From Naegleria gruberi (Eukaryota), in the NCBI GenBank assembly GCA_000004985.1, contig GG738894.1: 64,000 nucleotides of DNA. One strand, 5' to 3'. The notes under the pieces were generated by a model. The model saw nothing but the letters and a program-made list of their open reading frames with translations. It searched no databases and had not been told where the DNA came from. Positions 13,032 to 23,101 of this stretch are shown here, piece by piece (the first letter of the stretch is position 1; each line of letters starts with the position of its first letter). A program made the translations under genes and the position numbers.

Positions 13032-16000
13032 ATGCACAATATTAGTATCTCCTATTGGTGTGTTGTGATATTGTTATTCATCTGTTTTGCACAACCTTTT
13101 TTACTGCAGAGGAGTTGTGTTGTTGTTGCAGAGGAGTATCAATTACATTCCCTGACAGGACATAAAGGAAATGGACAAGATTTTGACAGGACATTCTCTG
13201 CTAAACATGCCTTTCTGGCAGAACCGTGTGGAATTTGTTTTGGACTAAATGATGAAATTTACATTTCAGATTGTGTAAGAAACTATATTTTCAAGATATT
13301 TCCAAATGAAAGTATGATTGTGTTTGGAGGGTTGGGCAGTACGGGATTCAATCAGGATGGTTATGATGTAAAACAAACTCTTTTCGACTCTCCTTCATCA
13401 TTGAGTGTGGCACCTAATGGTGATTTATATATTGCTGATACGAACAATGATAAGATTCGTGTGGTTTCGGCGGAGACAAGATTGGTTTCATCATTGCCAT
13501 TCACTTTCAAACATCCATTGGGAGTGTTTGCTTCCTCTAACAACATGCTTTATATTGCAGGTAAGTTGTCTTTTGCTATTTCATACGAAACCAAAATAGA
13601 TACTGGAAACAATATGATAAAGAAATATGATATTTCCCAAAAGGTATTGACAACTATTGCTGGAGGAACTGGTTATTTGGATGGATCATATGATAATGTT
13701 GATGGAAATTCAATCATTCTTCACTCACCAAAGAATATTCATGTTGTTTCGAGTGGTAAAGATGACACTGTTTATTTCACTGATGAAGAAAGACTAAAAT
13801 TAATTGATAGCAATGGAAAATATCGTGTGATTGCCATTCCTGAACTTAAATCCAATTTGTAAGTGTCCACTGCTTTTTTTATTGTTCATTTTACAATTCA
13901 AATTCACAAAGATATGGAATAGCTGTAACATCAGCGAATGAAATATGGACATCTTCAGATAGACAACATTTCATTCAAATGAATTCCATTGGATCTTCAC
14001 AACCTTCAACAATTATTGGTGAAAAAGATTCTTTTGGATACGAAGGTGATAATTTGATTGATTCCTTTTCGAGTGTGAGATTTTATGAACCTCGATCTTT
14101 GATAGTGAAAGATTCAATTATTCTAGTTATTGATAGGTATAATAATTGTGTGAGAAAGATTGATACACAGAAAAAGACAGTTTCAACATTCTCTGGAGGA
14201 TTAATTAATCATTCATATGGTGAAGACATTCCCAGATTTGAGGTGTCACCACTCAATACATTATATAGACCATTCACATACAAGAATGAGTTGTACTTCA
14301 TAGAGCAAAATTATATAATTAGAAAGGTTTCGAACAATGATGGGCTTATCAAGACAATATTTGGATCGGGTATTCAATTGAGAACTGAAAATTCACCAAC
14401 AAGAGTCTTTAGGTATATCGCAAGTGTTTTCTGTTTTCCAAATGGAGATTTAGTAATTACTAGTTCAAACGAATTCTATATTCTCAATTTAGAAACATTT
14501 ACAATGCAGAAAATTACTAATGTTGGCCCCAAGACAATTCTTTCAATTTCAGCAATAGTTGGCATTGGGAATTCTTTCAAGAATAGCACTATATATTTCT
14601 CCAATGAAGGTACTATTTACAAATATCAGAATGAAAGTGTTCAAGACTCCATGCCAACAGGTTTGGTGCCATCTAACCTTGCAATTTTGAACAATGATTT
14701 ATACTTTTCTACATCAGGATATCTTGTAAAAGTTAATTGGAACGAAACTACTACTTTGATAGCCGTTCCAAGGGGTGTTAACAGGATATCACAAGATTCC
14801 AAAACTGGAAAGATTTATCTTTCCAATACATACAGACTCTACGAAGCAAACGTAAGTAATTTCAGAGTTGAAAAGGTTGCTGGTGTCGATCCATTTGAAT
14901 ATTCTGTTGGGAATAGCATTGATTTTTTTGGATATAGTGGTGAGAATGTGAATGCTAACCAATCGGTAATGTAAGTAGCTCTTTTACAAATGTTATTCGA
15001 AATATTATGTATCAATTAGCTCTGTTTCTTTTATACATGCTGACAATGATAATGTTTATCTCTCTACTGCTTCCTCATACATACGTGTGATATATAATGG
15101 AGTTGTGCGCACTGTTGTGGGAAGTAGTCCATTTTCGAAAAAAACTGGAAGAACCCTATATTCATTTTGTAGAGATCCTATTAATGAAATTATTTACATG
15201 TTGGACAATAATGTGTTGAAGAAGTATGATGAGAAAACAGGAGAAGTTACATCTCTTCTGCCAGCTGTTGAAGTAATTTCATCAAATTCGTTAGTTCAAA
15301 CAAGTGCTTCTCCTTTTTTAGCAATTAAACCAAAGACTGACACGAAAATGATATTCTCAACATTTGATAACATGATATATTTCTCTGATTATTGTAGAAT
15401 ATTACAAATTGACCCAAAAACATTGAAATATCAAAAAGTGGCGGGAAGTATGTGTGGAGATGTAATACCAGATATTCCAGCTATACAATCTCCTTTACCT
15501 ACAAATCCCCCAAAAGGCCTTTCAGTTAATCCTGTAAATGGTGATCTCTACATTAGTTATGCTGATTTTTTTGGAAAGCTTGAAAAGACTTCAGGTATGA
15601 TTCGTGCATTATTTAGGAGTTTTCCATTTAGTCCAATAGAACCAAGTGATGGTCATGTTGGAAATAGCACTTTTATTGGGACGATCTCAACTTCCTATGC
15701 CATTAGTGATCAGACAATTTACTTTAGCACAAATACAAAAATTAGAGTTTTGGAGCTAGCTCAAAATGGTTCATACTACCTCAGAACTATTGTTGGAGAT
15801 GGGAATGGCGGATATTCAGGTGATAATTTACCTGCATTGAGTTCATCTGTACAAAACCCAAAGGCATTCCATGTTAAAAAGAATGGGGATATTGTATTTG
15901 TGGATGAAGGAAATTACCTTATTAGAAAATTTGTAAAAGCAACAGGTCTATTGAAGAATATAGCAGGAAAACCTCGTCAAATGACAGGTTATTATTCAGG

Positions 16001-17422
16001 AGAGTTGAAAGGGCTAGATACAATCTTTATTAATTTGGGATATTCATTTAGTTTCAATGAGAAAACAGAAGAAACTATTTTTTCTGAACACTCAGTTATT
16101 GACACATTCCTTATTAGAAAGCTTTCTCCTATCTGTGAAGGAGGAGCACGCTTCAATTCATTCAATAATACTTGTGACTGTTTGAGTGGATTTTATGGAG
16201 AGAAATGTCAAGCAATTACTTGCAATGGAACAATATCATCAGATGCAACAAGTTGTAATGGAAAGGGAACTTGTGTTGAATTAGATGTTTGTGAATGTTT
16301 GAATGGATTTGAAGGGCAGTATTGTGAAAAATCTATTGACAAGTTGGCAACCGATCAGTCAACAATTTTGATTGTTTCCATTGTCATTCCTATTCTTGGA
16401 GTAGGTCTGATTATCGTGATATTGATTGTAATTATTGTCATAGCATTACTACTTTTCAAAAAGAAGAAATCAAAGGAAATTAATGAAATTGCAACTGCAA
16501 ACATTGTGGAAATGTCAGAATTTCCAAGTAGTTCAATCATTATTTCATCATCACTTGGTTCTGACATGTCAGAAAAGGAAGACATACTTTCTAGGTATAT
16601 TAATATGATTAGAGTTGGGCAAGGCGCATTTGGAAGTGTTTTCAAAGTGACAGATACAAAGAGTGGAAATAAGGTAAAAGCAATCAAGATTGTGAGATTT
16701 GAATCATTCACCGATTTGAACACAATTATGAAAGAAGCATCTCAATTGAGTAATATCAATCATCCAAATATATTGCGAGTGAATGATTATTTCATCACTA
16801 ATGACAATTTGCTTTGTATAGATATGGATTATTATGAGAATGGTGACTTGACAAGGTTTACAAAGAAGGAAATATGTTCTGAAGATATTATTCGCAAGAT
16901 TATGAAACAAATGTTAAGTGCATTGAATTATGTCCACTCAGAATTGTCAATCATTCATAGAGATATCAAACCTTCAAATATTTTTATTCGAAAACTTTCT
17001 GGAAATGACATTGAAGTTGTTTTAGCTGATTTTGGATTGGCTAAAAAGTATCAAGAAATGAAAGGTCAATCCTATGCTGGAACTCCACTTTTTATGAGGT
17101 TTGTTTTATAATTATGCATTAGTTTTAAACTTTTTAAAGTCCTGAAATTGCACTGGGCAGCTCATATTCATTCAATACTGATATTTTCTCACTGGGAGTT
17201 TCGATTTATCAAATCATGACAAAAGACGAAACCATTCCTATTGGAAATTTATTGATGGGAAATCAATTAGCAAATGCAGAAGCCATTCTCACCCAACAAA
17301 TGAAACAGAATACTAGTTACTCGAATGAATTGATTGAAATTGTTATGAAAATGTTGGATAAGAATCAAGAAACTCGATCAAGTGCTGTTCAACTTCTTCA
17401 AATGCCTTATTTCAAACACTAA
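13032..17422 (+). CDS. Receptor-like Ser/Thr protein kinase with an NHL-repeat ectodomain and EGF-like modules
   Basis: Exons are 13032-13560, 13600-13858, 13912-14970, 15020-17098 and 17140-17422, joining track ORFs 12837.., 13979.., 15087.. and 17216... The GT..AG introns are 39, 53, 49 and 41 nt, and all junction phases were checked against the track frames. The N-terminus is signal-like (MHNISISYWCVVILLFICFA). NHL-type motifs recur (LYIADTNNDKIRVV; splicing restores LYIAD|TGNNMIKKYD). EGF-like Cys patterns are present (CDCLSGFYGEKCQ, CECLNGFEGQYCE). A TM helix follows (ILIVSIVIPILGVGLIIVILIVIIVIALLLF). Kinase motifs are GQGAFGSV, AIK, HRDIKPSN, DFG and GTPLFM|SPE, the last restored by the final splice. 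Confidence 0.9.
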
Positions 17423-17526
17423 CTCTCTTTTTTAATAAAGTTGGACTTCCTCGATTCATTGTTGTTAAGCCATACCCGAATGAGAAGGGGGATATTTAGT
17501 TTATTAATACAAATAATATCTGCTTC

Positions 17527-18660
17527 CTAATAGCTCTCTGATTTGTTGAACTTATTTGCTCCCCACAGTAGTGAATTCTCATGATTTAGTCCTTGATCAC
17601 CAATTCTATTGCCACGAATATTAAGTGATGTTAATTGTTTCATTTCACTTATATATTTGGCTCCTTCTACACCAATTCGATTGCCACGAATATTAAGTGA
17701 TGTTAATTGTTTCATTTCACTAATGAATTTGACTTTGCCACAAATATTAAGTGATGTTAATTGTTTCATTTCACTAATGAATTTAGCTCCTTCATCACCA
17801 GTTCTATTGTAAGAAATATTAAGTGATGTTAATTGTTTCATTTCACTAATGTATTTGACTCCTTCTATACCAATTTCATTTTCAGAAATATTAAGTGATG
17901 TTAATTGTTTCATTTCACTAATGAATTTAGCTCCTTCTATACCAATGAGAGTGTAATAAATATTAAGTGATGTCAATTGTTTCATTCCACTTATATATTT
18001 GGCTCCTTCATCGCCAATTATATTGTAAGAAATATCAAGTGATGTTAATTGTTTCATTTCACTTATATATTTGGCTCCTTCATCGCCAATTTCATTTTCA
18101 CGAATATTAAGTGATATTAATTGTTTCATTTCACTGATATATTTAGCTCCTTCATCACCAATTACATTGTAAGAAATATTAAGTGATGTTAATTGTTTCA
18201 TTTCACTGATATATTTGGCTCCTTCTACACCAATTCGATTGCCACGAATATTAAGTGATGTTAATTGTTTCATTTCAGTTACGAATTTGAGTTGTTCTAT
18301 GGCTTCCAGCAAATTTGTTGAAAATTTAACATCAACAATACTATTCATAAACTGACTTTTCATGAATAATTCAACTCGTTTCTCTGTAATGTTGTTTTTA
18401 AATTGAATAACAAGTTTTGAACGTTCCTTGATCACATTAAAGAATTGTTTTGAAATTAAAGTACAATTATTTAAAATAAACCACGAATCATCAATCATGC
18501 AAATTATTTCAAAACAAATATCATCTGAAAATATTTCTTGTTCGAGTTTCACATGCTTTTTTACTTTCTCTTCCATATTATTATTATTATTGTTAGTGAA
18601 TATTTCCTCCGAATTAATTAATTGATGATTTTCAAAATCTTGTCTGTTTCGTTTGCTCAT
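17527..18660 (-). CDS. Leucine-rich repeat protein (RI/LRR_6-like 24-aa repeats) with an F-box-like N-terminal region
   Basis: ORF of 377 aa with ATG at 18660. It has about 10 tandem units of MKQLTSLNIxxNxIGxEGAKYISE. The N-terminal segment IFSDDICFEIICMIDDSWFILNNCTLISKQFFNVI is F-box-like. It is a paralogue of 49469-50320. Confidence 0.9.
   Translation of the reverse strand: MSKRNRQDFENHQLINSEEIFTNNNNNNMEEKVKKHVKLEQEIFSDDICFEIICMIDDSWFILNNCTLISKQFFNVIKERSKLVIQFKNNITEKRVELFMKSQFMNSIVDVKFSTNLLEAIEQLKFVTEMKQLTSLNIRGNRIGVEGAKYISEMKQLTSLNISYNVIGDEGAKYISEMKQLISLNIRENEIGDEGAKYISEMKQLTSLDISYNIIGDEGAKYISGMKQLTSLNIYYTLIGIEGAKFISEMKQLTSLNISENEIGIEGVKYISEMKQLTSLNISYNRTGDEGAKFISEMKQLTSLNICGKVKFISEMKQLTSLNIRGNRIGVEGAKYISEMKQLTSLNIRGNRIGDQGLNHENSLLWGANKFNKSESY
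17586..18273 (-). repeat. Tandem 72-bp (24-codon) coding repeat array of the LRR gene
   Basis: The near-identical string ttaagtgatgttaattgtttcatttcact recurs every 72 nt. One unit is shortened by 18 nt (protein ...LNICGKVKFISE). Confidence 0.9.
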
Positions 18661-18747
18661 TTTTTCTTGAGATTTAAATTCATGGGATTTACTTTGGTTA
18701 GAATTGTTGGCATTGTAATGTTAAATAACATTTTGAGAAAATGATAT

Positions 18748-20769
18748 CTACAATATTTCTCTTTGCATCATAATCAGTCCAAAAAGGACTTGATGCAGCA
18801 CTGATAGTTCAACTCGTTCTTGCAAACAGGTATCTCTGAATCGGATAGTCACAGTTGCATTCAATAAACTCTCTTCATCAATAGTGATGGCAATAGGAAT
18901 TCCAATTTCATCAGCACGTTTATATTTCTTTCCAATTGAGTGTGCACTTTCATCATGTTTGAAGGGAATGGAAAGAGTTCTTATAATTTTAGTAACCTTT
19001 TCTAGTACCATCTTTTCCTCATTAGTTTTGACTTTACAGTTAGAAACCAGTAATACCTTGATTGGAGCCAACTGACTTGGTAAAGAAAGAATAGGCCTTT
19101 CCTCATCTCGAGTCCAAAATACATGTTCCAATAAGCTCAATAATATTCTACTAACAGAAAATGAAAGATCAATGATGTGAGGAGTAATCTTTTCTCCATA
19201 AACTTTTTTCACACATTCCACAAACGAAATATCATCTTTGGATAATTGGAAATTCTTTCCATTGATATCAAGTGAGATTTTGTGGTTGGTTTCCAACTCT
19301 GTTTGATATTGAGATTTCTTCTCCTTAGATAGTCCACTAAGGTGCTCTAACAGTATTTTGGTATCATTCTTGTAACGTTTTCCAAGCTTTTGATGTGAAA
19401 ACTCCACAACTATTTCTCTCTCCTCAAGAGGTTCATCAAATGAATCAAATAGAGAGAGATCAGAGTTAGAATGTTGAGAATGTTGCAGCAAATCGTAACC
19501 TGCTTTGGATTGAACATTAACAACCTCTACCCAACCAATGGTTGTCAACACCTCACATGTCCACAACTGCTCCAATCTATATGAAAATTGTTTTCGAAAC
19601 CGTATTCCTTCACTCAAAAATCCACATTCCTCCATGAATTCTTGTGTTCTGGCAAGATAGTAAGCCAATGATTTGTTAGCTATGAATTCTTGTTCCGCAG
19701 CATCTTTGATCGAAATCTTGGTTTCTTCATCATTTGAATCTAAAAGCAATCTCACAATTACTTGCTCGACTTTCTTGGAGTACTTTTCACAATTATTTTT
19801 CTTTGCTCCATTGCAGAAATGCATTATTTTTGCGCTTGAATTTTCCCTCAGTTTCGAATAGTGGCCAGTAGTTGTAGAATTATCAAAAATGGACCCAACC
19901 TGTGCAACTGAAAAGGGTAACCGTTTTCCACCATATTCCCATAACCGCTTAATATTTGTGTAAACACCTTGATCGAGATCAGGTCTCAAATAAACACTTG
20001 TTCTACCTGTTACTCCAATTTGTGTTTTAATCGCAAACGTCCATTCAAATACTTCAGAAATTTGATTTCCATCCATACTCCTAATTCTAAACCTCTTAAT
20101 AATATTATTCATGGCACCACCATCATAAGAATGAAGATTTGCAAGAATTTCTCTGAAATGTTTGATTTGAACACTTGTTAATAAATCCTCGTTGCCCAGC
20201 TTTTCCTGTATGAAATCCTCAATAACTTTGGTGGCAAGAATGATCTTATCAGTCTTCATATCTTTCACAATAAATTCATTAAAAGGAAAAAAGAATCCAA
20301 AAGCTCTGTAAACTTCATCAAGTACAAGTGAGCTCGTTTCCATTTCCATCATTTCTTCCTCCAATACGAAATGTTTCCTCCATAATCCAATCACATTATT
20401 CTTCAAATTGCATCCCAAAGGACCTAAATCCACCAAACCACTCACTCCACCATAAATTTCGAATGACGGTAATACGAAACAATTTTTCAATAAACATGCC
20501 CTTAATAACTGATCATTGAAATGTAATTTACTCGATTCGGAACACTTCTTTGCAATTATTTTCAATTCCAAATTTAATAATTTAATTCTCTCCTCATCAC
20601 GATCGGAAGAAGAATTAAAATTTGATAATTGTTGTAATTTTTCTTTGAATAATTGATTAATAGCAATTCGTTCTTCTAATGTTGCAATTTTAGGTTGATT
20701 GTTGGTGGTAGTTGTCGAAGAAATTGCATTTTCCGTTGATGTGTTGTTGCCTATCTGATTGTTGATCAT
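18748..20769 (-). CDS. Glycyl-tRNA synthetase-like protein (class IIa aaRS paralogue with degenerate catalytic motifs)
   Basis: The first ATG is at 20769; the track start at 20790 is GTG. The protein is collinear with eukaryotic GlyRS from the N-terminal core (FEIYGGVSGLVDLGPLGCNLKNNVIGLWRKHF) through YLRPDLDQGVYTNIKRL to the anticodon-binding domain (LAPIKVLLVS..., SIGKKYKRADEIGIPIAITID). The motif 2, AHYAxDCWD and motif 3 equivalents are altered; see findings. Confidence 0.85.
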   Translation of the reverse strand: MINNQIGNNTSTENAISSTTTTNNQPKIATLEERIAINQLFKEKLQQLSNFNSSSDRDEERIKLLNLELKIIAKKCSESSKLHFNDQLLRACLLKNCFVLPSFEIYGGVSGLVDLGPLGCNLKNNVIGLWRKHFVLEEEMMEMETSSLVLDEVYRAFGFFFPFNEFIVKDMKTDKIILATKVIEDFIQEKLGNEDLLTSVQIKHFREILANLHSYDGGAMNNIIKRFRIRSMDGNQISEVFEWTFAIKTQIGVTGRTSVYLRPDLDQGVYTNIKRLWEYGGKRLPFSVAQVGSIFDNSTTTGHYSKLRENSSAKIMHFCNGAKKNNCEKYSKKVEQVIVRLLLDSNDEETKISIKDAAEQEFIANKSLAYYLARTQEFMEECGFLSEGIRFRKQFSYRLEQLWTCEVLTTIGWVEVVNVQSKAGYDLLQHSQHSNSDLSLFDSFDEPLEEREIVVEFSHQKLGKRYKNDTKILLEHLSGLSKEKKSQYQTELETNHKISLDINGKNFQLSKDDISFVECVKKVYGEKITPHIIDLSFSVSRILLSLLEHVFWTRDEERPILSLPSQLAPIKVLLVSNCKVKTNEEKMVLEKVTKIIRTLSIPFKHDESAHSIGKKYKRADEIGIPIAITIDEESLLNATVTIRFRDTCLQERVELSVLHQVLFGLIMMQREIL

Positions 20770-21627
20770 TTTTTTAATTTGTAATTTCACAACAAGTCAT
20801 CATGAAACAATCAAATTTGTGAAACTATCAAGAAGACGCACTTTCTGTGCAATTTAATCCAACCACTCAGTTTGTTAATCCCAATGAGTGGAATAAAAGA
20901 TTCATAACAGCTAATACATTGGCATTATAATCCAAAATAGTTCCAATAGATAATGCATTAAGAGTAGCTTAATATTTCAATTAAAATGTTTACAAAAGTA
21001 TACCAGTATTCATAAAGTTGGAAATTACCAGGATTCACTCCTTTCCAGTATGGTAGCATTTCTGGAAAGTAGTTAGATATGGAACGATGAATTAAAATTA
21101 TTAATTATCAAGGTTTTCGAGTGCAACCATGGCTGGATCAAAACCATTAGAAATGAAAGTATTAGACTCTAAATAAGAGGAAGTTAGTGTTACTTTTTCT
21201 ACATGAATTACAAGCAGATTTTAACAATCACGTTCCGAAACTTAATTCCAAATTTTAGGATGCTAGGTAGATAACCTACCAACTCGTATTTCCATGCAAC
21301 TAATTATTATTAATTCGTGATGATGTGTTGACTTCAATATTTGCTGCGTTTACGAATTTGAATTTGAAAAAACCCTTTCAACTTCCAACTTGTCGCCTCA
21401 AATTTACCAAATTAATCAAAATTCACTATCAACACAAATGTTGTATGGAAGGAACTTTGTATGAAAGATCAAAGATAACTCTCTGTGCAATTATTAATAG
21501 CTACCTGATAGAGGAAGTCAGGGAATTCAAAAGGTGGATCGATGAAAACTTCGTCTTGTATTTTTTCAAGTAAAAAACAAATACAAAAGATCTTCATCAA
21601 TTAATTATATTATTAATAATCATCAAA

Positions 21628-23097
21628 ATGCCAGCCAATGTCGGAACTAGAAGAAAATTGAATCCAAATCTTAAGAAGGGATATGTAGCTCCACCAGTTG
21701 AAGATCATATCATCATTGAAGAGGATCAAAAGCAAAAATCACAACAACAACAACCTGTAAAAACAAAGAAGCAACAACAACCAATTGCTAATACTTCATC
21801 ACCAGCAACCACTACTACCACTAACAAGGTTGTTACCAATGCAAATGTACCAACAACAACAACAACAACAGCACCAAAAGCAAAGAATGTAAAATCATCA
21901 TCAGAATCACGTTTTGAAAAGTACGAAAAACAACATGAAGCCTTCATCAAGCAAATGGAAACATTCATGAAGTCCTTCCTTGATTTTGAAAAGGAGAGAT
22001 TGGCCTTCATGAAAGAACAATTCGGATCAAAGAGTGTTGGCACAACCACCACTACACAAACAACTGTGGCCAACAATAAGAAGGATAACAAGACAATTAC
22101 AGCCACAACAACAACTACACCAACAAAAACTACAACTCCTCCTCCAACTAACACAACTGTTAAAACAACAACAGCAACAGCAGCAACTACTACTCCTAAG
22201 AAAAAGACAACAGAACCAACCACAACTCCACAAAATAATACCAATGTAACATCACCAAAATCAACCAAGAATGAAGCAGCAAAGAATAAGGATCCTGCTG
22301 TTGATGCTTCTCCAACTAAGCAACAAACCAAGAAGGCAACAACTACTACTAGCCCTACCACTACTGCCACTACCACCACTACAACTGTACCAACAAAGAT
22401 TAGAGAATTGACTGTAACAAAAGATGAAATTTTTGATAATCTCAAAGTTGTCTATGTGAGTGGTGAAAACATCAAGGCAATTGCCGAGGCTAATAAGGTA
22501 TTCGATACTTTGGAAAAGAAGGATGCTGTATATGGATTTGACATTTTGTGGAATGCAAAGGAGGAAAAGACAATTAACGAAAGCCCAACCGAAACTCACA
22601 TCCTTGTACCAATCAGACTCATCTTATTGGCTAATCATGACACTGTCTTTGTTTATAGACCTCCAACTGCCGAAGAGATGCTTGCTGAAAAGATTGATAG
22701 ACCTCTCCCAGTAGCTCTTTACAAAATTCTCACTCAAAATCAATGTGTCAAGGTTTCATTTAATGCTATTGAAAAGGTCAACTACTTGTACCATAATTTG
22801 AACACTACCTATGTTAGTCATGTATCTGATATCAACTCCCTTTTCGTGAAGGAACCATATGGTTCTGCATTGGATATGTTAAGTAAGGAATTGGAATTAC
22901 CAACAGAACAAGTTTCCAAAGAGCTCAAAATGAGACATAATATTAATTATAGCAAGGAGCTCAGTAATGGCCAACTTGTCACAGTTGCCAAGAGATGTTG
23001 GTTGGAATTAAGACTTGTTGAAAAATTCTCTGAAAAACAAAAAACCAAGACAAATCTATTTGACTTTGTGACCAAAAACATGAAAATTGAAGATTAA
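21628..23097 (+). CDS. Thr/Gln-rich low-complexity protein with a C-terminal 3'-5' exonuclease-like (WRN-exo/RNase D-type) fold, apparently non-catalytic
   Basis: ORF of 489 aa starting at an ATG. Long poly-T/K/P low-complexity tracts explain the antisense V-rich ORF 21726-22445. The C-terminal ~220 aa follow the exonuclease pattern by eye (AVYGFDILW...ILLANHDTVFVY...CVKVSFNAIEKVNYL...YSKELSNGQLVTVAKRCW). The CDS call is solid; the domain call is tentative. Confidence 0.65.
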   Translation: MPANVGTRRKLNPNLKKGYVAPPVEDHIIIEEDQKQKSQQQQPVKTKKQQQPIANTSSPATTTTTNKVVTNANVPTTTTTTAPKAKNVKSSSESRFEKYEKQHEAFIKQMETFMKSFLDFEKERLAFMKEQFGSKSVGTTTTTQTTVANNKKDNKTITATTTTTPTKTTTPPPTNTTVKTTTATAATTTPKKKTTEPTTTPQNNTNVTSPKSTKNEAAKNKDPAVDASPTKQQTKKATTTTSPTTTATTTTTTVPTKIRELTVTKDEIFDNLKVVYVSGENIKAIAEANKVFDTLEKKDAVYGFDILWNAKEEKTINESPTETHILVPIRLILLANHDTVFVYRPPTAEEMLAEKIDRPLPVALYKILTQNQCVKVSFNAIEKVNYLYHNLNTTYVSHVSDINSLFVKEPYGSALDMLSKELELPTEQVSKELKMRHNINYSKELSNGQLVTVAKRCWLELRLVEKFSEKQKTKTNLFDFVTKNMKIED

Positions 23098-23101
23098 ATT
23101 T

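Noticed and set aside
17586-18273. A regular 72-bp tandem repeat that could superficially resemble a CRISPR-like or satellite array.
   Set aside because: The repeats are in frame and encode canonical 24-aa LRR units of an intact gene. There are no unique spacers, and the context is eukaryotic.
21726-22445. Long Val/Cys-rich ORFs antisense to the Thr-rich gene, plus similar antisense or out-of-frame ORFs elsewhere (10005-10347, 22027-22249, 59415-59943, 17609-17812, 50032-50253).
   Set aside because: They are shadows of low-complexity or repeat-coding regions on the opposite strand or in another frame. Their composition is not protein-like, and each is fully contained in a better-supported gene.
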